Positions 57,972 through 64,000 of a stretch of 64,000 nucleotides of DNA are shown here, piece after piece. A model generated the notes under the pieces. The model was not told the origin of the DNA, made no database searches, and worked only from the letters and a program-made list of their open reading frames with translations. A program made the translations under genes and the position numbers. The stretch spans positions 1-64,000 of the forward strand of contig CBEUCH010000004.1 of assembly GCA_965541585.1 (NCBI GenBank), written 5' to 3'. This DNA is from an uncultured bacterium (GTDB lineage: Bacteria > Zixibacteria > MSB-5A5 > UBA10806). Within the stretch, counting starts at the first letter, position 1, and the number at the start of each line of letters is the position of its first letter.

Positions 57972-59528
57972 TTACATCATGCTTGAACGCATGTTCATAT
58001 CGAGGTGCATGATCGAGAGCGAGATAAAAGAAAATATGATCATGGCGGTCAGAAGAGGAACCTGCGCCAGTAGCGCTCTTTTCCCCGTGCCGAACATCTT
58101 TTCGCCGGCTTTAGCGGCTATTTTTATACCGAGGATATGGCCGGTTATTACCAGAATAACCTGCATGGTCCAAACGGTGTTATCGCTCAGAAACATTGGA
58201 TACGCTTTTCCAACGGTCCCGAACAGATTCCAGCCATAGCCGAACGGATCAGAGAGAAGCGGTATTATGCTCTGGCCCTCCATCCCCAGGTGCATTGTGT
58301 TGTGCGCCAGGTGATAGAATAGGGCGATCGGTATCAGGCTATATGAAAAGCGTATGAAAATCTCCCATGTCGAAATACCGTTACTGCCGATACGAGCCGA
58401 AAGCCAGCAGAGAAAATGGTACAGTGAATAAGGAACCAACAGGACAATACCCATACCGACTGTAAAAGAAAATAACGGTCCCAGTCCGAAAAGATTATTC
58501 ATAAAGGCGATTATGGAATTTCCTCCACCGGCTAAATCCTCCCAGAGCGGCGTCATGGATAGCCCGTGGAACGAGGTCAGCGAAAGCAGGATTACGGCCA
58601 GGATGGCCTCATCGGGCCTCGGCCTCGGGTAAGCGATGATATCAGTCCCTAACGGTCGTATATTAAATGCCACATTGTCCGAAGGACAGGCTTTGAAACA
58701 TTCGGTACACATTGTACAATATGTATTCTCATCCAGAGTAGTGAGATTGAGGCCGGTCGGACACGGATAGGCACCGCCGTTGCCTTTGTAACAGTCTTTG
58801 GTTTTACATTGCAGGCAGATACTATGATCTTTCGGCCGGATCTCAACGGGCGATATATTTGCGTAGAGTCCGGAAATTCTTCCCACGAGACAGCCGTACC
58901 GGCAAAAGGATTTCTTTTCGAAAATGAACACTGGAAGAACAACCAGCATAAGCATGAATAAACCCATTACGGCCGTGGCAAATGGATCGGTCGTGACCTT
59001 AAATCCCAGTTCGAGCCAGGTTAGTATTATAAAAAGCCCGATAGCCATCGATATATTGCGGGCCTTTTTCGGCCACTTCATGTTAAGCGAAAGAGGTTCT
59101 TTTGTTATTTTCCATAAACGCAGGCGACTTGCGATGGATGCAACAAGGTCCCACGGACAGGCAAAGCACCAGACTTTACCGAGGATCAGTATGGCAAAAA
59201 TAAGACCGCCCCACCAGATAGTCCATGTAAGCGTGGGCGCGATATTTATTCGAGGATTGCCGAAAAATCCCGCATACAGGATTATAACAAAAAGAAATAA
59301 AAGCGGCAGTTGAACGGAAAACTGAAGCCATCTCCTTTTTAGAAGATAATCGACAAAGCCGATTCGAGAAATGTCGAAACGGACATTGAGACTCTTGCCA
59401 CTTCTTTTAGAATAAAATATAAATGATACCAAGAGGACAAGTCCCACACCGGACAGAAACATCCAGGCGGGCAACCCGCTCATCAAATGAACACCGTTTT
59501 CGGCGTGGCAGCTAGCTGTCTCTCCCAA
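57972..59528 (-). CDS. Polytopic membrane 4Fe-4S (polyferredoxin, NapH/CcoG-like) protein
   Basis: WCFACPW, FCRYGC, CLQCKTKDC, CPTG, CTMCTECFKACP; many TMs. Confidence 0.85.
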   Translation of the reverse strand: MGETASCHAENGVHLMSGLPAWMFLSGVGLVLLVSFIFYSKRSGKSLNVRFDISRIGFVDYLLKRRWLQFSVQLPLLFLFVIILYAGFFGNPRINIAPTLTWTIWWGGLIFAILILGKVWCFACPWDLVASIASRLRLWKITKEPLSLNMKWPKKARNISMAIGLFIILTWLELGFKVTTDPFATAVMGLFMLMLVVLPVFIFEKKSFCRYGCLVGRISGLYANISPVEIRPKDHSICLQCKTKDCYKGNGGAYPCPTGLNLTTLDENTYCTMCTECFKACPSDNVAFNIRPLGTDIIAYPRPRPDEAILAVILLSLTSFHGLSMTPLWEDLAGGGNSIIAFMNNLFGLGPLFSFTVGMGIVLLVPYSLYHFLCWLSARIGSNGISTWEIFIRFSYSLIPIALFYHLAHNTMHLGMEGQSIIPLLSDPFGYGWNLFGTVGKAYPMFLSDNTVWTMQVILVITGHILGIKIAAKAGEKMFGTGKRALLAQVPLLTAMIIFSFISLSIMHLDMNMRSSMM

Positions 59529-60074
59529 TCAAGATTTCCTTTCTTTGAATCTTCTTTTTTTTAGTATCGCAACAATCACCGCGAAGGAAAGAATGAAAGC
59601 AATCGATCCCCCCAGATATGTCCATACAGGATTACCCATGCCGACTTTCAGATCGAAAAGAACGTTATTTTGCCTCAGCCCGTCGTTGAAGCTGACGCGC
59701 ACATAATAATGCCCGTCATCCTCGTAGACCCAGCCGACTTTATAAATATTGGTCGGGTTACGATAGGCGGTAAAGGGATGGCTCTCGGTGGGGTCCTCAT
59801 GCTTTCCAAATACCTTAAAGATTACGGCTCCATCGAAAACCTTGCTGGAGTCAATGTCGCGAATATATATGGCGAGGTCATATGCACCCTGGCCCGGTAT
59901 TTTGTAATATGTAAATGTGACGTCATAGTTATTGACGGTTTGAGTAACTTCATATACCGGAGTCTCCGGATAGTGATCCTGATAAGTATAATGCGGGATA
60001 CCGCGGATATGGTGGCCATAAGCGGTCGCCGCAAGAATGTGTAACACGGGCAATATCAAACGTATTTTGATCAT
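59529..60074 (-). CDS. Exported, C-terminally anchored hypothetical protein
   Basis: Signal peptide ending AYG then HHIRGIPHY; beta-rich domain; C-terminal TM + KKRR. Confidence 0.65.
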   Translation of the reverse strand: MIKIRLILPVLHILAATAYGHHIRGIPHYTYQDHYPETPVYEVTQTVNNYDVTFTYYKIPGQGAYDLAIYIRDIDSSKVFDGAVIFKVFGKHEDPTESHPFTAYRNPTNIYKVGWVYEDDGHYYVRVSFNDGLRQNNVLFDLKVGMGNPVWTYLGGSIAFILSFAVIVAILKKRRFKERKS

Positions 60075-60081
60075 AACCGAT

Positions 60082-60993
60082 TCACTCCCCAACAGATTTT
60101 GCTTTGGCGCCCCATACATACACGAGGGCGTTCTTTTGTGTGCTATCGCAGGCGTCGATACATAAACCGCAATTGTCGCATTCTCCCGGAAATTCGCCCT
60201 TTGCCGGAACCAGATCGTAAGGGCAAGCAGGATTGCATAGACCGCACATATCGCATTTGGCCTCGACTCTTTTTATTCGCAGGAAACGCCATTTTCCTAT
60301 TATTGAGAACAATGCTCCCCCCGGGCAAATTCTCCTGCAGAACAGATGAGGCGAAAATAATATCTCTGCCGACCATAATATTATCAAAAACAATAATCCC
60401 CAGGTTATGGCGCCGGTGATTACTATGTGATAAACGCCCTCGGTAATCAGCCGCGGAGGATAAATCAAAACTGCAATGGGAATACTGATAACCGCTCCAA
60501 GTACAATTGATATCACCAAAAAGAAAAGGGATGATTGCCGGGGCAGATCGATGTTGAAATATTCGATTCCGAACCTCTTCAGATATTCTGTTAACCCTTT
60601 TCCCGCCTCCGCGAAAAGAGAATACGGACAAACCCAGGAGCAAAAATACCTGCCCAGAACCAGCAGGAGCACGACCGGAATAATAATGGAGAAAAGCAAG
60701 CCGTAATCGACTGTGAAAGAAGTAAAGGACGACACGACGAATGCCAGCGGATCTGAAAGCGAGAGCCCCAGGACTTTGAAGCTCCACAGCCCGCCTTCGA
60801 AATGTCCCCGGAAAAGCATCGGTTTATTTTCGCCTCCGAACGCGAAATCGTACGCCGAGAGCACAACCGATTCTTCGATTTCTCTTTCCGCTCCCAGCTG
60901 CCCTGCTTTTTTCTCATATAGGTTGGAATAAACCAGCAGGACCATTAGAGCGATTACAGATATTCTTGTGATGTTTCTATACTTTCGCACCAA
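60082..60993 (-). CDS. napH: NapH/MauN-like quinol dehydrogenase membrane subunit
   Basis: SDPLA, GRYFCSWVCP, CRRICPGGALFS, CDMCGLCNPACP, CDNCGLCIDAC. Confidence 0.85.
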   Translation of the reverse strand: MVRKYRNITRISVIALMVLLVYSNLYEKKAGQLGAEREIEESVVLSAYDFAFGGENKPMLFRGHFEGGLWSFKVLGLSLSDPLAFVVSSFTSFTVDYGLLFSIIIPVVLLLVLGRYFCSWVCPYSLFAEAGKGLTEYLKRFGIEYFNIDLPRQSSLFFLVISIVLGAVISIPIAVLIYPPRLITEGVYHIVITGAITWGLLFLIILWSAEILFSPHLFCRRICPGGALFSIIGKWRFLRIKRVEAKCDMCGLCNPACPYDLVPAKGEFPGECDNCGLCIDACDSTQKNALVYVWGAKAKSVGE

Positions 60994-61597
60994 CTTCTTC
61001 GACTTTTCCCGGTATGACTTTTATTGCTTGCGGGTAATGGATACATACCTGCTCGCACAGCCCGCATCCCACGCACTTATCCGTTACTACCGGTTGCTCC
61101 CAGGTTTCGGAATAAATGGCAATACCGTCGTAGGGACAGGCAAATACGCATACGCCGCAGACGTAACCGTTGAAGGAATTGCAGATGTTCTTATCGACAA
61201 CTGCTTTCCCCATCCTGACACTTTTTAAAATTTCCTCGGAATCATCAGGTATGGCAACAAGAGCGCCGCTGGGACAGGTGTTGTTGCACTTCATGCAGAG
61301 AATACAGCCTTTTTCGCGAGGTTTAATGTATGGTGTGCCGGTCATGGCGGGGTCGAAGCTGTCATAATATTTTATTGTCTCGTTGGGACATACCTGCCCG
61401 CAGCGCCGGCAGCGAATGCATTTGGAGAGAAACGCCTTTTCCGCCAGAGCTCCCGGTGGCCTTAATGGAGGATATTTCTTTCCGGGGATAAGTTTCTTAA
61501 CGCTGTAGAAACCACCGGCGAAAAGGGGCAAGGCGGGAATGACAGCAGCGACAAATGTTTTTAAAAACTCCCTTTTTTTCATATCTTCCCAGCTCAC
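60977..61597 (-). CDS. napG: NapG/MauM-like ferredoxin
   Basis: LRPPGAL..CIRCRRCGQVCP, GTPY, four FeS motifs; degenerate Tat signal KKREFL. Confidence 0.87.
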   Translation of the reverse strand: MSWEDMKKREFLKTFVAAVIPALPLFAGGFYSVKKLIPGKKYPPLRPPGALAEKAFLSKCIRCRRCGQVCPNETIKYYDSFDPAMTGTPYIKPREKGCILCMKCNNTCPSGALVAIPDDSEEILKSVRMGKAVVDKNICNSFNGYVCGVCVFACPYDGIAIYSETWEQPVVTDKCVGCGLCEQVCIHYPQAIKVIPGKVEEVGAKV

Positions 61598-61625
61598 ACA
61601 AATGCGGGAAAACAGGTTCTATTAT

Positions 61626-64000
61626 TCAGATCTTTTCAATTCTGGCGGCCAGCTTTTTAAAATCGACCTGCCCCGATACCGGATCGTATGCCCGGTGCGA
61701 GGTTGCGTTTACAAGCCACTTGTTCTTCGCCGGATCGGCGGAGTCGGCCACCGACAGGTTCCACGGTGAAAAGATATATCCTTTAGGCACCTCGTTTCGA
61801 GCCGGTTTGATCTTGGATCGCACGCCGCCGATCGACACTCTTCCCTCATAGAAACCGCGGCGAGTGTGGACTCTGATTTTGTCGCCGTCGTTCAAACCGT
61901 TTTCACCGGCATCATCCGGATGTATCTCCACATACTGTTCGGGCACAAGCCTCCTGGTTGTCGCTCCCCTGATGGTTTTGGCGGTATGGAAATGTTCATA
62001 GACTATACCGAGGCCGAGCCAGAACGGATATTTGCTCTTGGGCACTTTGGCCCAATGTTTACCCAGATGTTCAAAATCGGGGAGTTCCGGCGTCAAGGCC
62101 ATATCCCTGGCCTGAATCAGAACATCATGATGATCCACCGCGTAATAGCCCGGTTCGGTTCCCATCTTTCGCATTTCCGCAAGAACCTTGCGACGTTTGC
62201 TGTAATCCTGGCGACAGATCTTAAAATGCATTTTGCCGTCCGGTTTGCGGAACATTCCATAAGGTTTATCCGCCCAGCTTTCCTGATCCATATACCGGCG
62301 CGTGGTGCCGCCGCGCTTTGCTATTTCATAATTCGGCGCAGGCCACTGAATTCCTTTCAGGCGTCTGATCTGATCATATAAACCGATACCGTCGCGTTCA
62401 CGCACCTCCAGAAGGCCGGTCATGTCACAATCGGTTCCTTTCGAACCCCGGACTATCTCCTCGAATATTTCTTCAGCGTCGTAAAGCTCCGGGCCGTCGG
62501 GATGGAATCTCTTCTTTTTATATGGGAATATAGTCTCGGAATCGAGTCCCATCATCCTTGCCAGCATTTTACCCTTGTCGATAGCCATATCAAGATCGGG
62601 CCAGCATTTCTCCAGACCGGGGGCGCCTTTTCCGACTCCGTCTACGACGTTGAATCTCCTCTCTGATGAGATATATGTTCCCCCCTGCCATTCGCCCCAG
62701 GTGAGAGCGGGAAATATAACGTCAGCATAAAGAACATTGGGAGCGTGACGGTAGATATCCTGAACTACAACAAACATTTTCCTCAACGCCGGTCGAATCA
62801 GGTTGTTCAGGTCAGGCTGATGTATGTGTGTCGTGTACATATAGAACATGGCTTTAACATCGTCCTTTAATGCCCTCTCAAACATGCCGACCATCATGCC
62901 CGGGTTTTTCGCCTTATTGACGATTTCAAGTCTCTCCTCGGGCAGGTTCCAGACCTGGTTCATCCATCCGCGATGTTTGTCGTCATTCAAACCGATATTG
63001 AATGGCAGACGTCCCGTAAGACCACCCATCAAACGCTCGCCCATAGCGTTGGGCTGGCCGGTCATAGAGAACGGGCCCGCTCCCGGACGGCCGATATCAC
63101 CGGTCAGGCAATGCAGGTTAATTATGCTGATAACATTGTGCTGACCGTGTATATGCTGATTGTAGCCGATACCCCAGAAGGAAATGACGCCACCCCTGCC
63201 TTTAGCTTTGCCCTTTCTGCTGGCGGCAGCCCACCGGGCTGCAACTTCCCGGATGAGTTTCGGATCAACCATCGTGCGGTCGCGTACCTTTTCCGGAGCG
63301 TACTCCTCCTTCACGACTTTTATATACTCCTCCCAGCCAACCGTATTCTCCTTTAGAAATTTATGGTCCACAACGTCGGGATGCTCGGTTACTATCACAT
63401 GCGCGATGGCATTTAATATGGATATATCGCCGTTGATGCTCTGGAAATGCGAACTGTTACGGGGACTTATGGATTCCAGGGCCTGAACAGTACCCGTCCT
63501 GCGAGGATCTGATACCACAGTAGGAATTCCGTTTTTCTTCTTGTGATCGGCTATCCTCCAGAAGATAATAGTATGCGCTGCACGCGCGTTATGCCCCCAC
63601 ATGGTAATCATATCCGCTTCTTCTATATCGTCATAGCTTAAGGGGGGAGTATCGGAACCGAGAGTAGCGAAATAGGCTGTAACGGCCGATGTCATACAGG
63701 TGCGGGCGTTGGCCTCGATGGAATTCGAGCCGAGAATTCCCTTCATCAGCTTATTCTCCATCCACTGCGCTTCCACCGTCAACTGTCCCGAACCATAGAG
63801 GCCGACGGAATTGCCGCCGTGGGCCTTGTATATCTCCATTATCTTTTCGGCGACGAGATGTTCGGCTTCCTCATACGATGCTTCTTCAAACAGATCATCG
63901 TCGAACCGTCCCTTAGTGGCGGATTCGTATCCCTTCATAGGATCCGACATATCCTTGCGAACCAGCACCCTGTCGAGGCGGTCGACATATGTCGGCTCGT
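61626..64000 (-). CDS. Molybdopterin nitrate reductase catalytic subunit (NapA/Nas family), 5' end outside window
   Basis: YGSGQL, NARTCMTSA (Cys ligand), SMTGQPNAMG, SERR, EHFHT, DPVSGQVDFK; frame open to the window edge; adjacent napGH. Confidence 0.82.
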   Translation of the reverse strand, partial: EPTYVDRLDRVLVRKDMSDPMKGYESATKGRFDDDLFEEASYEEAEHLVAEKIMEIYKAHGGNSVGLYGSGQLTVEAQWMENKLMKGILGSNSIEANARTCMTSAVTAYFATLGSDTPPLSYDDIEEADMITMWGHNARAAHTIIFWRIADHKKKNGIPTVVSDPRRTGTVQALESISPRNSSHFQSINGDISILNAIAHVIVTEHPDVVDHKFLKENTVGWEEYIKVVKEEYAPEKVRDRTMVDPKLIREVAARWAAASRKGKAKGRGGVISFWGIGYNQHIHGQHNVISIINLHCLTGDIGRPGAGPFSMTGQPNAMGERLMGGLTGRLPFNIGLNDDKHRGWMNQVWNLPEERLEIVNKAKNPGMMVGMFERALKDDVKAMFYMYTTHIHQPDLNNLIRPALRKMFVVVQDIYRHAPNVLYADVIFPALTWGEWQGGTYISSERRFNVVDGVGKGAPGLEKCWPDLDMAIDKGKMLARMMGLDSETIFPYKKKRFHPDGPELYDAEEIFEEIVRGSKGTDCDMTGLLEVRERDGIGLYDQIRRLKGIQWPAPNYEIAKRGGTTRRYMDQESWADKPYGMFRKPDGKMHFKICRQDYSKRRKVLAEMRKMGTEPGYYAVDHHDVLIQARDMALTPELPDFEHLGKHWAKVPKSKYPFWLGLGIVYEHFHTAKTIRGATTRRLVPEQYVEIHPDDAGENGLNDGDKIRVHTRRGFYEGRVSIGGVRSKIKPARNEVPKGYIFSPWNLSVADSADPAKNKWLVNATSHRAYDPVSGQVDFKKLAARIEKI

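Noticed and set aside
61626..64000. Assigning the symbol napA
   Set aside because: The N-terminus (Tat signal, FeS motif) is outside the window and the motif is Nas-like, so only a family-level call is made.

Overview
Bacterial DNA, probably from a Zixibacteria-like or other FCB-related anaerobe. This is inferred from secreted proteins ending in the YPNPFN...MLLLK C-terminal domain, a dockerin/cohesin protein, several sigma54 systems and an IPTL-CTERM protein. 1-7.9 kb is core-like: DinB fragment, NtrC-type regulator, THEP1 NTPase, methyltransferase, cohesin/dockerin surface protein, Tat-aminotransferase-CTD fusion and tRNA-Met. From the tRNA 3' end to a 14/15-nt direct repeat at 51519-51533 lies a probable ~43.6-kb mosaic island with no visible integrase, punctuated by nine degenerate IS3-like end fragments at module junctions. 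Its cargo includes (i) an MMPL/LolA-like/barrel export operon; (ii) TrmB plus a Cys-rich IPTL-CTERM protein; (iii) a hydrolase / S8-barrel / 4TM / trypsin-STAND-TPR cluster that resembles a defence or conflict system; (iv) a sigma54-controlled electron-transfer cluster with two Cyc2-like cytochrome-porin fusions, two type-1 copper proteins, mono- and octaheme c cytochromes, Rieske/cytochrome b and an FAD/FeS NAD(P) oxidoreductase; and (v) an AT-rich, apparently archaeal segment with a transaminase, an omega-amidase and a decayed ribosomal eS6 gene. The right end holds a multi-PAS hybrid kinase, an AlgE-like porin and a napA/G/H-like operon truncated by the window edge. All calls come from motif reading by eye; no database searches were run.
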